Below, piece after piece: positions 18,232-28,496 of a stretch of 32,000 bases of DNA. Source of the stretch: a cyanobacterium endosymbiont of Epithemia turgida isolate EtSB Lake Yunoko (GTDB lineage: Bacteria > Cyanobacteriota > Cyanobacteriia > Cyanobacteriales > Microcystaceae); contig NZ_AP012549.1 in the NCBI RefSeq assembly GCF_000829235.1, forward strand, positions 2,460,001-2,492,000, given 5' to 3'. Position 1 is the stretch's first letter. The number at the start of each line of letters is the position of its first letter. The notes beneath the pieces are model-generated. The model saw nothing but the letters and a program-made list of their open reading frames with translations. It was not told the DNA's origin and searched no databases. Both the position numbers and the translations under genes were made by a program.

Positions 18232-18801
18232 TTATATTTTATATAAGTGGGGAAGTAAAGCTTCAAATGCTTTACCTCGATGACTCACTTTACGTTTAAT
18301 GTCTGGCGGCATTTGGGCAAAGGTTTGTTTATATTGAGGAACATAAAAAATAGGATCGTAACCAAATCCTCCCATTCCTCTCGGACTGGTAAGAATTTCT
18401 CCAGGACAAATGCCTTCACTGTGTAGGGCAATTGAACCATCCTGACGAGCGATCGCAATAGCACACACAAATTGTCCCTGACGCTGGTCTGCCTTCCCTA
18501 ATTCTCTTAGCAACCGTTCAATACGATCTCTATCTGTTTTACCGTATCGAGCTGAATATATTCCTGGGGCACCCTTTAGGGCATCAACTGTCAACCCCGA
18601 ATCATCAGCAATCGCCCACTCTCCTAGGGCTTGAGCCACTTTAGAGGCTTTCAAGCAAGCATTTTCAATAAATGTCGTTCCTGTTTCTTCAATTTCTAAG
18701 GTATCTGGCTTTAATTGTAATTTCCAGTCTAACTCGATTAAATAGTTTCGTATCTCTTTAAGTTTTCCAGGATTACTTGTGGCAACAATTAGTTTTTTCA
18801 T
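18232..18801 (-). CDS. rdgB: non-canonical purine NTP pyrophosphatase (RdgB/HAM1 family)
   Basis: 189 aa. ATSNPGKLKEI, DDSGLTVDALKGAPGIYSARY, GFGYDPIF and SHRGKA motifs. Confidence 0.92.
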   Translation of the reverse strand: MKKLIVATSNPGKLKEIRNYLIELDWKLQLKPDTLEIEETGTTFIENACLKASKVAQALGEWAIADDSGLTVDALKGAPGIYSARYGKTDRDRIERLLRELGKADQRQGQFVCAIAIARQDGSIALHSEGICPGEILTSPRGMGGFGYDPIFYVPQYKQTFAQMPPDIKRKVSHRGKAFEALLPHLYKI

Positions 18802-18945
18802 TGAAAATTAATGAATTATTAATAACTATTTACTCATAACTGTTTACTAAGCTTTAGGGAACTATTATCAATAGATTTTCTTCTTTCAATGCAGAGGTTC
18901 ATTGCTCTTGCAAGAACTTCTCTTGTCACCAAGAATTGCTCTATA

Positions 18946-19024
18946 CTTTTGGTGGTTTATTGAAGTCACAAAACTCTATTTTCCTTGAGGTTGGTGTCTT
19001 CAAAACCACCAGAGGCTTTTTTTT
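18946..19024 (+). terminator. orphan + strand terminator-like structure (long imperfect stem plus T8)
   Basis: CTTTTGGTGGTTTATTGAAG (18946-18965) pairs with CTTCAAAACCACCAGAGG (18998-19015) with two bulges and some G-U pairs, followed by C and TTTTTTTT (19017-19024). There is no + strand gene upstream; both flanking genes are on the - strand. Confidence 0.35.
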
Positions 19025-19268
19025 GGGCTCCTCGAGAAAAAGAAAAAAGTAGATCTACAGAAATCATGGGACGTGATGCCACGTCGTCGTACCTAAAGCC
19101 CATTGATTTTCACTAATTCCAGTATAATTCCATCCTAGTTTAGGTTACCATCAGAACAATTAGCCTAAATTACATTAAAGACTGTTTACACACAGTTGCT
19201 CAATGTTTTTTTGATAAATAATCTTTAGGATTAATAGCTGCGATCTAAGTATTCCAATCTTCAGTTTC

Positions 19269-20777
19269 TTAATGAACTATACGTCCATATAATTCCGTTA
19301 AAAATTGCAAATGTTTAGTTAATTCTGGAGTTAGTGCGTTAGGACAGTATCGCCATTCCCAATTACCATCAGCTAGACCAGGGGTATTCATTCTTGCTGT
19401 TTCCGTCAAACCGAGTAAATCTTGTAAGGGAAAGATGGCTCGATTGGCGACAGATCCCATAGCTAAGCGAATTAGACTCCAGTGAATTCCTTGGGAACAA
19501 ATACCACCTAAATAGTCTGTAATTCTCATATTTTCTTCGAAACTACGTTCTGAAAACCATCCTACTGTAGTGTTGTTGTCGTGGGTTCCTGTATAAACAA
19601 CACAGTTATGGTTGGTATAATTGTAAGGGAGAAAAGGATTAGCACGATCACTATCAAAAGCAAAATGGAGAAGTTTCATCCCTGGAAGATTAAATTTATC
19701 TCTTAACGATTCAACTTCTGGGGTAATGACCCCTAAATCTTCAGCAACAATCGGCAATTCACCTAATTCGTTTTTAAGACATTGAAAAAATTTTTCTCCT
19801 GGGGCTTTCAGCCATTCCCCATTCTCAGCTGTAGTTTCTCCTTGGGGAACTGCCCAATAAGCCTCAAAACCTCGGAAATGGTCAATCCTAACAACATCAA
19901 GATATTCTAATGTTCTTTTAAACCGTTGAATCCACCATTTAAAGTTAATTTTTTCAAGTTTTTCCCAATTGTAAACTGGATTTCCCCACAATTGTCCCGT
20001 AGAACTGAAATAATCTGGAGGAACGCCAGCCATTAACGATGTGGCTTGAGTTGTTTCATTCAAACAGAAAAATTCAGCATTAGCCCAAACATCAACGCTA
20101 TCGTAAGCGACATAAATGGGAATATCTCCAAAAATCTGAACGTTGCGATCATTAGCATATTTTTTTACCTTTTGCCACTGACGGAAAAATTCAAACTGAA
20201 GGAACTTATGGTAAAAAATTAATTCGGACAATCTTTCTGTCCAATACTGTATTGCTTCAGGTTGACGGGTAGCAATATCTTTATTCCAGTGTCTCCAAGT
20301 CTTTCCTGGATGAACTTCATGGAGAGACATAAAAAGGGCGTAATTTTCTAACCAATAGGAATGGTGCTTACAAAAGGTTTCGAAGTTTTGGCGTAGTTCA
20401 TATAAAGCGTTAGTTTTAAAAGCATTACTAGCTTTTTTTAAAAGAGGAAACTTAGTTTTAATTACGAGGTTGTAGTCAACATAATCAGTCGGAAATTCTG
20501 GAAAATAAGCCAAATCTTCTTGGTCAACTAACCCATCCTCGTACAAAACATCTGGGCTAATTAATAAGGGATTTCCTGCTAAAGCGGAATAAGATAAGTA
20601 AGGAGAGTTGCCGTATCCAGTTGGGACTAAAGGAAGAACTTGCCAAATAGTTTGACCAGTTTTTTCCAAAAAATCAATGAAGCGATAGGAGCTTTCTCCC
20701 CAATCACCAATACCAAAGCGACTAGGTAGAGATGTTGGATGTAATAAAATACCACTGGCTCTTTGAGAAGATATCAT
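19269..20777 (-). CDS. malQ: 4-alpha-glucanotransferase (amylomaltase, GH77)
   Basis: 502 aa. GILLHPTSLPSRFGIGD, VRIDHFRGF, GELPIVAEDLGVITPEV and YTGTHDN motifs. Confidence 0.94.
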   Translation of the reverse strand: MISSQRASGILLHPTSLPSRFGIGDWGESSYRFIDFLEKTGQTIWQVLPLVPTGYGNSPYLSYSALAGNPLLISPDVLYEDGLVDQEDLAYFPEFPTDYVDYNLVIKTKFPLLKKASNAFKTNALYELRQNFETFCKHHSYWLENYALFMSLHEVHPGKTWRHWNKDIATRQPEAIQYWTERLSELIFYHKFLQFEFFRQWQKVKKYANDRNVQIFGDIPIYVAYDSVDVWANAEFFCLNETTQATSLMAGVPPDYFSSTGQLWGNPVYNWEKLEKINFKWWIQRFKRTLEYLDVVRIDHFRGFEAYWAVPQGETTAENGEWLKAPGEKFFQCLKNELGELPIVAEDLGVITPEVESLRDKFNLPGMKLLHFAFDSDRANPFLPYNYTNHNCVVYTGTHDNNTTVGWFSERSFEENMRITDYLGGICSQGIHWSLIRLAMGSVANRAIFPLQDLLGLTETARMNTPGLADGNWEWRYCPNALTPELTKHLQFLTELYGRIVH

Positions 20778-21629
20778 GAATCACTCACTTTTTATATCCT
20801 ACTTAATACAATAGGAACCTATGGTCCCACACAATCTAGTTTTTATTAGAGTTTGTCCTATTTCTCTTAAAGTTTGCTCTAGCTAAGAAGCAAAACAAGG
20901 AATTATTATCATTGTGGATAAAGATAGTTTTACTGAATCTGTAATGGATAACTGTCAGTATTAACATCTTAAATGCCTTATTGGGTAATTATTTTAGGTT
21001 TTCAAAGTCTACTTATTATATTAATTACCAAGTAAAAGTATGTTATTTGACATATTTTTACTATTTTAATTTCAGTTTAGTAAATTCATAACAATAAAGA
21101 TTGTTTTTAAAAAAGTTACAAAAGTAAAGTATATAAATCGACTATAACAGAGTAAGCCTAGATTTAAAAGTATTTTATCTTCATATATTCAATTAAGTAG
21201 TCGAACACAAAAAAAAATCTGTAATAAACTATATTTTTTTTCAGGTTTAAAATAAAGACTTCTTGCCGAGCAAACTATCTTTTATTCAAAGAAAAAAAAG
21301 TCTTAAATTTAGCTTCTCAGCTAAAAACACAAAGGTAACCGAATTACTTTCAGGGCAAAATCAATATTTTTTTGTCTTTGCAATCGCTATATTTGTCTAG
21401 TTTGTAGCTTACGGTATCGGACACTTAATGATTTCCTGAAAGCATAATTTTAAATTATTTTTAAACCTATTTAACAAACTTCTAAATATACAAACTTCTA
21501 AATGTAATAAAAAAAAGTTTATTTTATAGCTCATTAATGTGGTCTATACTACAGTAATTTTGAATATATCTAATGATTCTAGAGTAACTTTCCAAGAACA
21601 GGTAAGTTTACATTAGCAATTCTCTTTCA

Positions 21630-22670
21630 TCACTCACAAACCCGTTTTAAGATTTCTTGGTGTATCAAAGCCCGATCTATTAAAGATTGAAGGTAATTAC
21701 GGTTTAATGTCTTCCCATTAGCATAGTGTGCTAACCACGCGCTACTAATAATATTGGGATCATCAGGAAGTTCAGTTAATTTCCATCCAGGTAAATTAAT
21801 TTCTTCCATCAAACGGCTCACTTTAGGGTCATAACTCAGGGCAAAACACCGAGATTCTTCAGCTACTGCCATAATTAAACTATGAAGACGCATTCCAATA
21901 GTCATTTTGACTTCCCGAAAGAGCCCCTTTAATTCTCTAGGATCTTCTAGGTGGATAATCTGATGAGAACCAGGTAATTGTGAAGCAAGTGAATGAGCAA
22001 TTGATAAGTCTTGGGAAGCTTGGAAAGGAACTAATAATAAACAAACATTAGTAGCTTTTTGAAAATCAATTAACGCTTTAGTCAAAATTTTTAGTCTTTG
22101 GGGAGTTAATTGGGGATGTTCTCGTAAATTAACAGCTACTCTAGGAGCAGGGATATCTACTAATCCTGGGATTGATTTTCCTGTCAAAGCCCAAACTGGG
22201 TCAGGAGCAATTAAAGGATTTATTTGCCATTGAGATACTAATTTAGCAGAAGCCCCATCCCTTACACTAACAGCCGTGCAACCCAAAAGAACTTGATGGG
22301 TTAGCCAACGGGTAAAAGGATGTCGTAAGGGGCCAATTCCTTGAGCCCAAGCGATAGTTTTTAAGCCTTCTTGTTGAGCCAAAGCCATCAATACAGCATA
22401 ATAAATAGGACTTGCCCAACTTGTGACATCTTGCATTAAACTTCCTCCACCCCAAATGAACATATCAGAAGTTTTTAAAGCTTTTAAAATGGCAAAAGCT
22501 GAACGATTAGAACAACTGTTAACCCCATAACGTTTATGGGTTTGCTGTGGGTTTGCTGAGAGAACAATAGGCTGTATTTGAGACGGAAGCATCTGCAATA
22601 AAGAAACTAATAAGGCTTCATCTCCACCGTTTCCTTGACCATAATAACCACAAATAACTGCCTTTTTCAT
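21630..22670 (-). CDS. csaB: polysaccharide pyruvyl transferase CsaB
   Basis: 346 aa. CGYYGQGNGGDEALLVSLLQMLP and FIWGGGSLMQDVTS...AWAQGIGPL match the CsaB family as I recall it. Confidence 0.8.
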   Translation of the reverse strand: MKKAVICGYYGQGNGGDEALLVSLLQMLPSQIQPIVLSANPQQTHKRYGVNSCSNRSAFAILKALKTSDMFIWGGGSLMQDVTSWASPIYYAVLMALAQQEGLKTIAWAQGIGPLRHPFTRWLTHQVLLGCTAVSVRDGASAKLVSQWQINPLIAPDPVWALTGKSIPGLVDIPAPRVAVNLREHPQLTPQRLKILTKALIDFQKATNVCLLLVPFQASQDLSIAHSLASQLPGSHQIIHLEDPRELKGLFREVKMTIGMRLHSLIMAVAEESRCFALSYDPKVSRLMEEINLPGWKLTELPDDPNIISSAWLAHYANGKTLNRNYLQSLIDRALIHQEILKRVCE

Positions 22671-22755
22671 GTTTTAACGTCAGTGTTTATACCAATTCTC
22701 TAGGTCTATACTAGACTACGATAGACTAGACAACTTCTGACAAAACACTTAAAGA

Positions 22756-23259
22756 ATGACTCATACGATTGTCTTACAACTGGATCATCTAATACGATTG
22801 GACTTATCTTCTGTCACCACCATTGTTGAACCGCTTTTGATAGAAGCAACACAGCCAAAAGCTTCCTCAAACGAGATCGTTTCCTATGAGCAAACTCTAA
22901 GTTTTGAAATTTATTATCCTCGTAGTTCCACTGATCTCAGAGAATTATCAGAAATTCCGGAGGTTCGCTTGTGGTTTATTCGTTTAGACTCAGTTTATCC
23001 CTGGATACCTTTCTTTTTAGATTGGAAAGGAGGGGAATTAGCCCGTTATTTTGCTATGTTGGTTCCTCATCAATTTAGCCGGACTGAGGGAATTCAATAT
23101 AATCCGGAAGCTCTAGAAATTTTTATTATGCACAAATTATTTACTTTGTCTGATTGGCTAAAATTAAGGAGAATTCCTAGCATTGATCGTCTTCAGTCGA
23201 TGGCAAGAATGTTTGGTTATGATCTCGATAAAGATTTTTTATATAGTCTCTTGTGCTGA
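22756..23259 (+). CDS. DUF1817/CRR6-like protein (putative NDH-1 NdhI maturation factor)
   Basis: 167 aa. LRELSEIPEVRLWFIRLDSVYPWIPFFLDWKGGELARYFAMLVPHQF resembles the conserved cyanobacterial/plastid CRR6 core. The assignment is from memory only. Confidence 0.5.
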   Translation: MTHTIVLQLDHLIRLDLSSVTTIVEPLLIEATQPKASSNEIVSYEQTLSFEIYYPRSSTDLRELSEIPEVRLWFIRLDSVYPWIPFFLDWKGGELARYFAMLVPHQFSRTEGIQYNPEALEIFIMHKLFTLSDWLKLRRIPSIDRLQSMARMFGYDLDKDFLYSLLC

Positions 23260-23271
23260 TGGTGAACAATT

Positions 23272-24216
23272 CTAAAGATTAGCCATTGCTGTCACAATTT
23301 TTTGAGAAATAAAAGGAATAATCGCTTTATTTTGACTATCTTGTCCTTCCGTAAAAACAACTAATAAATAAGGTTGATATCCAGGAATTTGAATATAAGC
23401 TGCATCGTGGCGAACTTTACTAGTCCAACCTGCTTTTGACCATAATTGGGCACTTGGAGGCAACCCTTCCCCTAAAAACCCAATAACTTGGTTTTCTTCC
23501 CCCGTAATATTAAAATTTTGGGGAGTTAGATTTCGTTTGAGCAATTCCATCATTTGTTGTGATCGCTTTGAAGAGACGGCAACCCCAGCAATGATACTAT
23601 ATAACAACTGAGCAACGGCATTAGTCGTCAACATATTACGATTTTCCATCATTTTCCCTACAAATACTCGTTCTCGACCATAAGGACCATCACACCAGGT
23701 TTTCTGATTCACATTAATAGCCTCTAATCCTTCCCACCCCAATGACTTAAAATAACGGTTGATAATGTTACGCTGGTGTTGCCAAGTGTCAAATGGACTC
23801 GCCGGTAACTCTGGTCCACTGGTGGTTCCTGTCAGTACGTCAACGACTAAACTAGTTGCATCATTGCTAGAGTTTACTACCATATCCCGAATGGCGCGGG
23901 TTAACTCCACTGACTCGGGAATCATTTTACCTTCTAGCCATTCATGAATCGCTACTAAGTAAAATAATTTGACGATACTTGCCGGATAGATGCGTTCAAT
24001 TCCCCGATAACTAAATCCTCTGACGGAATATTTCCGGAATTCTTTGGCGGAAATTGCGCCCCCGGTATTAGCAATCACCGGAGAATTATAAACAACCCAA
24101 GTCAAGGCTAATTGATCAGGAGCTAATTGGGGAAACTCGGACCACGTAGCCTCCAAAGTTTGGCTACCAATTTGTTGTAGGGCGTCGTTTGAGTTAAAAA
24201 AAGCCATTGTAATCAC
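23272..24216 (-). CDS. serine hydrolase, class A beta-lactamase-like fold
   Basis: 314 aa with an ordered SxxK (ASIVK), SxN-like (SSND) and KxG (KAGWT) motif triad. Confidence 0.7.
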   Translation of the reverse strand: MITMAFFNSNDALQQIGSQTLEATWSEFPQLAPDQLALTWVVYNSPVIANTGGAISAKEFRKYSVRGFSYRGIERIYPASIVKLFYLVAIHEWLEGKMIPESVELTRAIRDMVVNSSNDATSLVVDVLTGTTSGPELPASPFDTWQHQRNIINRYFKSLGWEGLEAINVNQKTWCDGPYGRERVFVGKMMENRNMLTTNAVAQLLYSIIAGVAVSSKRSQQMMELLKRNLTPQNFNITGEENQVIGFLGEGLPPSAQLWSKAGWTSKVRHDAAYIQIPGYQPYLLVVFTEGQDSQNKAIIPFISQKIVTAMANL

Positions 24217-24282
24217 TCTTCATATCTAAAAAGTTCTTTTAGGCTGTCTTAAAGATGGGCAATGCCAACTTTAGACTATCTT

Positions 24283-25719
24283 TTAAAGTTGGCCAAATCC
24301 TTTTTTTTTCTTGATCTTCTTCTTCTTTTTTTTCGTGCTACCATGACCACGAAACCCTGGAGGTATTTGTCCACCTATACCCGCAAACATTCCGCTGCCT
24401 ATTTCAGACATAGGGGGCATTCTTCCTTGTCCCATTTGCTGCATCATACTCCGCATACGGGTAAAATTCTTGACCAATTCTCCGACTTTAGTTTCAGAAT
24501 GGCCTGACCCCCTGGCAATACGACGACGACGACTGGGGGACTTAGCCAATAAATCAGGATTTATTCGTTCTTCAAAGGTCATGGAACTGATCATCGCCTC
24601 AGTTCGCTTAAGTTCAGTTTCTCCCTTCTCAATGTCTATATCATTGAGTTTATTCATCCCTGGAATCATTTTCAAAAGACCTCCTAATGATCCCATATTT
24701 TTCATCAGGTGCATTTGTTTAAGAAAGTCATTAAAATCAAATTTAGCCTCAACAATTTTTGATTGCATTTTTTCTAGATCTGCAATATCGATTTCTTCTT
24801 GAGCTTTTTCGACTAAAGTCAGAACATCTCCCATGTTTAAAATACGGGATGCCATGCGATCAGGATAAAATGCTTGTAAGGCTTCTACCTTTTCCCCAAC
24901 TCCAATAAATTTAATTGGTTTTTCTGATATTTGACGAATAGATAGAGCTGCTCCTCCGCGCGTATCCCCATCCATTTTAGTAAGAATTGCGCCGGTAATG
25001 CCAATTTGTTCATGAAAGGTTCGGGTTAGGTTAGCCGCTTCTTGACCTGTCATGGCATCGACTACCAGGAGAATATCATCAGGTTTGATGGCGTCTTTGA
25101 TCCGGATTAGTTCTACCATCATACTTTCGTCAATTTGCAGTCGTCCGGCAGTGTCAACAATCACAGTATCTAATCCCATTCCCTTAGCTTTTTCTACCCC
25201 TTGACGAGCAATATCAACAGGGTTTGCTTCACTTCCGAGTTCAAAGACAGGAACCTTAATTTGTTGTCCAAGGGCAATCAACTGGCTGATAGCTGCCGGA
25301 CGGTAGACATCAGCAGCTACCATTAAGCAACTACGCTTTTCTTTATGAAGATAGAGCGCAAGTTTAGCAGTAGCAGTGGTTTTTCCTGTCCCTTGCAACC
25401 CGGCCATCAAGATGACTGTGGGAGACGTTTCAGCTTTAGCAAGGGACACATTACTTGTCCCCATCACCTTTACTAATTCGTCATAGACAATTTTTATCAA
25501 TTGTTGACTAGGTCTAACCCCAGTAATTACCTCTGCACCGACGGCCGCCTTTTCAACATTTGCGACAAAATTTCTGACTACTTGGAGGTTAACATCTGCT
25601 TCTAGTAAAGCGCGACGCACTTGTATAAGAGCTTCTTGGATGTTAGTTTCAGTGATTTTATCTTGACCGCGTACTTTTTTCCAAGCGTCTTCTAAATGTT
25701 CGGCGAGAGCATCAAACAT
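24283..25719 (-). CDS. ffh: signal recognition particle protein Ffh (SRP54)
   Basis: 478 aa. N domain, then G domain with GLQGTGKTT, DTAGRL and TKMDGD, then a Met-rich M domain and a poly-Lys C-terminal tail. Confidence 0.96.
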   Translation of the reverse strand: MFDALAEHLEDAWKKVRGQDKITETNIQEALIQVRRALLEADVNLQVVRNFVANVEKAAVGAEVITGVRPSQQLIKIVYDELVKVMGTSNVSLAKAETSPTVILMAGLQGTGKTTATAKLALYLHKEKRSCLMVAADVYRPAAISQLIALGQQIKVPVFELGSEANPVDIARQGVEKAKGMGLDTVIVDTAGRLQIDESMMVELIRIKDAIKPDDILLVVDAMTGQEAANLTRTFHEQIGITGAILTKMDGDTRGGAALSIRQISEKPIKFIGVGEKVEALQAFYPDRMASRILNMGDVLTLVEKAQEEIDIADLEKMQSKIVEAKFDFNDFLKQMHLMKNMGSLGGLLKMIPGMNKLNDIDIEKGETELKRTEAMISSMTFEERINPDLLAKSPSRRRRIARGSGHSETKVGELVKNFTRMRSMMQQMGQGRMPPMSEIGSGMFAGIGGQIPPGFRGHGSTKKKKKKIKKKKGFGQL

Positions 25720-26493
25720 AGGGGTTTATTTTTGTGAAGTTGATAACTAACTATAAATAGTCAAGGATGATTTCCATATTTACCTATTGTAGACCGGGGT
25801 CAGGCTCTTCATCAATCCTGTAAAGTTTATTCACTAAAAAACATGACAAATTTATTCGAGTTTTTATTAGTTAAAGAACTTTTCACTATTTAATAATTTG
25901 TATTTTTTACTAATATCTTTAGGAGTTTATTTAGTGGCTGATGATAGTCACTGAATTTATTATGTGGATTCATCGATCAATAGTTAGACTAATTTTAGAA
26001 CCTTATAAGCTGTTTGAGGATTTTCAAGCTGTTAATAAATACTAGCTAATAGAACATGTTAATTCTTCTCTGAAGAGAACGTAATCGGACAAAATATAGT
26101 CTAAATCATGCCGAATACAATAATTTATTTTAAAATCAAGATAACACCACTTTAAGTTATCGCTAAAATCAAGTTTCTGCTGGAGCAATTTTTGAACAAC
26201 AACCCGAAAAATATTAATATATCTGTACTATAAATTAAGAACTAAAATAAGAAAACCAAAAAATAAAAACCAGTATTTTTACCTTAAATATTAATTAAGA
26301 ACAACAACATGGAAAAATTAATAGTAAAACATTATATTCTTATCTTCTCAGATCAGAAAGTATTAGAAATATTTAACTACTGTCGACGAGTTTGAAGATA
26401 AACTCAAAAATTTTAAAAACAAAAGAAAAGTAAAAAAATAGCCAAGGTAGCTAAAGTTTCTATTCATCCCATTATTCGAAAGAAATAAACTTT

Positions 26494-26802
26494 TTAATCA
26501 GATTGGGGTGGAATTGAGGTTTTTTTACTTAAGCGACGAATAGGTAAGTTGGCTATAAGGGCGGTAATTCGTTGATCGCTTTCTAGGACAAACTCCATTT
26601 CTTCAGAATCAATATCCACATATCGACTCACCACTTCTAGTATGTCTTGACGCATAGATTCAAGTATTTCTGAACTTAGTCCAGCCCGATCATGGGCAAT
26701 AACTACTTTTAGTCGGCGTTTGGCTTCTTCGGCACTTTTGGGAATACTTTTCCACGGAAAAAGGTTTTCTAGTTGGTCAAAAATCATGGGTTTTATTTTC
26801 AT
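26494..26802 (-). CDS. minE: cell division topological specificity factor MinE
   Basis: 102 aa. SAEEAKRRLKVVIAHDRAGLS...DILEVVSRYVDID is MinE. Lies directly downstream of minD. Confidence 0.9.
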   Translation of the reverse strand: MKIKPMIFDQLENLFPWKSIPKSAEEAKRRLKVVIAHDRAGLSSEILESMRQDILEVVSRYVDIDSEEMEFVLESDQRITALIANLPIRRLSKKTSIPPQSD

Positions 26803-26811
26803 AGAAAGGAC

Positions 26812-27612
26812 TTAACTACCGAAAAAGTGGCGACGAATACGAGTCATTAAGTTATCATGAGACGCCATCAAATCCAGATAAGGAATCTCTTGACCGTTCA
26901 AGCGTCGGGCAATATTGTTAAAAGCCATAGCCGGAACAGAAGGAGGTTCTTCTAAGACTAAGGGTTCTCCTCGGTTGGTCGAGATAATGATTCGTTCATC
27001 ATCGGGAACAATTCCAATGAGAGGAATAACCAAAAGATCGATAATATCTTCGACGCTAATCATCTGATTTAGTTTTATCATTTGTGGTTTAATTCGATTA
27101 ACTATTAATTGAATTTTTTCGAGATCTTCACTCTCCAATATCCCAACTATCCGATCTGCATCCCGAACAGCAGCCATTTCTGGGGTCGTGATGACAATAG
27201 CTTCTTTTGCAGCAACTATAGCATTACGAAAACCCATTTCAATTCCGGCTGGACTATCAATCAGAATATAATCAAAGTTTTCACTAATTTGTGCTACTAG
27301 CTGCTTCATTTGATCAGGGCTAATAGCTTCTTTAGTTCTATTTTGGGCGGCTGGTAACAGTACTAGATTAGGTTGACGTTTATCTTTAACTAAGGCTTTG
27401 TCGATAGAACATTGTCCTTCTAAAACATCGATTGAAGTATAGACAACTCTCTGTTCAAGTCCAAGTAATAAATCTAAATTTCTTAGTCCAAAATCTGCGT
27501 CAACTAAAGCAACTTTGTACCCGAAACTTGCTATAGCCAATCCTAAGTTAGCAGTAATGGTAGTTTTGCCAACGCCTCCCTTACCGGAGGTAATCACGAT
27601 AATACGACTCAT
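26812..27612 (-). CDS. minD: septum site-determining ATPase MinD
   Basis: 266 aa. Deviant Walker A SGKGGVGKTT, DADFGLRNLDLLLG, and a C-terminal amphipathic tail. Confidence 0.96.
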   Translation of the reverse strand: MSRIIVITSGKGGVGKTTITANLGLAIASFGYKVALVDADFGLRNLDLLLGLEQRVVYTSIDVLEGQCSIDKALVKDKRQPNLVLLPAAQNRTKEAISPDQMKQLVAQISENFDYILIDSPAGIEMGFRNAIVAAKEAIVITTPEMAAVRDADRIVGILESEDLEKIQLIVNRIKPQMIKLNQMISVEDIIDLLVIPLIGIVPDDERIIISTNRGEPLVLEEPPSVPAMAFNNIARRLNGQEIPYLDLMASHDNLMTRIRRHFFGS

Positions 27613-27689
27613 AATTTAATGTTCAATTTTAATGGCCGATGATAATTTAACTTCTACCGATATTATGACGAATTATTAATTTTTTAGCT

Positions 27690-28496
27690 CTACTCTTTGT
27701 TTTCATATTTTAGAATGTGGTTTTTGTTGAAATTTAGGGCTGGCTTCAAACGAATACTTTCAGAAGTAATATAAGCAACTTCAGGACTAAGAAACTCAGG
27801 TGTTCCTGACGGTGCTCTAGCAACCAATTCGGCAATGCGTAATTGGGTTGGTTGCATTTGCAGTGCCATAATGCAACATTCTGAGTTTCCTTTGGCTCCT
27901 GCATGGGCAATTCCTCGCAAACATCCCCAAATTAGAATGTCGCCATCAGCGATAATTTCTCCTCCAGGATTGATATCTCCTTGGATTATAATGTTCCCAG
28001 GATGGCAAATAGTAACTCCTGAGCGTACTGTTGTTTTTAGGTAAAGAGGCTCAGCTAAGGGAAACAAAGTCGGTTGTCCTTCAGAAAACAATGAGCTTCT
28101 AAAAACTTCCTGTTCTACTGAGTAACCCGCAATTGCTGCTACTACAGCAGTTTGACGGCGACTAGTGTGAATACTATTAAGTTTTAGATTGACATTTTCC
28201 ATAATCTCCCCAATACTTTGTAATTGTCTACTATCGAGTAAACGATTTTGTACTACTAAATGTACTGGCATTCCCGATGTCCACGTTCCTTGATGATAGG
28301 TCAGACAATGTTTTATATCCTGGAAGATCTTTGTCCAATCTTTCAGAGGATCTTGTTCCTTTTTAGTTATCTTAGGCAATATCAATAAGAGTTTTTTCCC
28401 TTCACTCTTTAAATGAACTTGGGAATAAACTCCAGAAGAGGAAGAGGCTGGTTCGTGGTTTGCCCATTCTGAGTAAATATTTGGCTTGAGGCTCAT
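27690..28496 (-). CDS. minC: septum site-determining protein MinC
   Basis: C-terminal beta-helix sequence GDINPGGEIIADGDILIWGCLRGIAHAGAKGN. The ORF is open back to 28586, but those extra 30 codons are low-complexity and AT-rich. I prefer ATG 28496 (MSLKPNIY...). Confidence 0.85.
   Translation of the reverse strand: MSLKPNIYSEWANHEPASSSSGVYSQVHLKSEGKKLLLILPKITKKEQDPLKDWTKIFQDIKHCLTYHQGTWTSGMPVHLVVQNRLLDSRQLQSIGEIMENVNLKLNSIHTSRRQTAVVAAIAGYSVEQEVFRSSLFSEGQPTLFPLAEPLYLKTTVRSGVTICHPGNIIIQGDINPGGEIIADGDILIWGCLRGIAHAGAKGNSECCIMALQMQPTQLRIAELVARAPSGTPEFLSPEVAYITSESIRLKPALNFNKNHILKYENKE

Noticed and set aside
18448-18455. HIP1 octamer GCGATCGC inside rdgB
   Set aside because: I spotted only one perfect copy, which is too few to say anything from this window. 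The scarcity fits AT-drift but needs genome-wide counts.
18966-19103. 45-codon - strand ORF (MGFRYDDVASRPMISVDLLFSFSRGAQKKASGGFEDTNLKENRVL) in the malQ-rdgB spacer
   Set aside because: It has no Shine-Dalgarno sequence and no recognisable family, and it overlaps the hairpin/T8 structure. It could be a relic or chance ORF. I keep only the structural observation as a finding.
24296-24345. T9 and T8 homopolymer runs encoding the poly-Lys C-terminal tail of Ffh (...GSTKKKKKKIKKKKGFGQL)
   Set aside because: I considered a slippage-prone site or hidden frameshift, but the reading frame is intact through to a conserved-looking GFGQL terminus. Basic tails are common in SRP54 proteins.
26432-26453. 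Possible minE terminator (TAGC-loop-GCTA with T7 on the - strand)
   Set aside because: The stem is only 4 bp, which is too weak to call.
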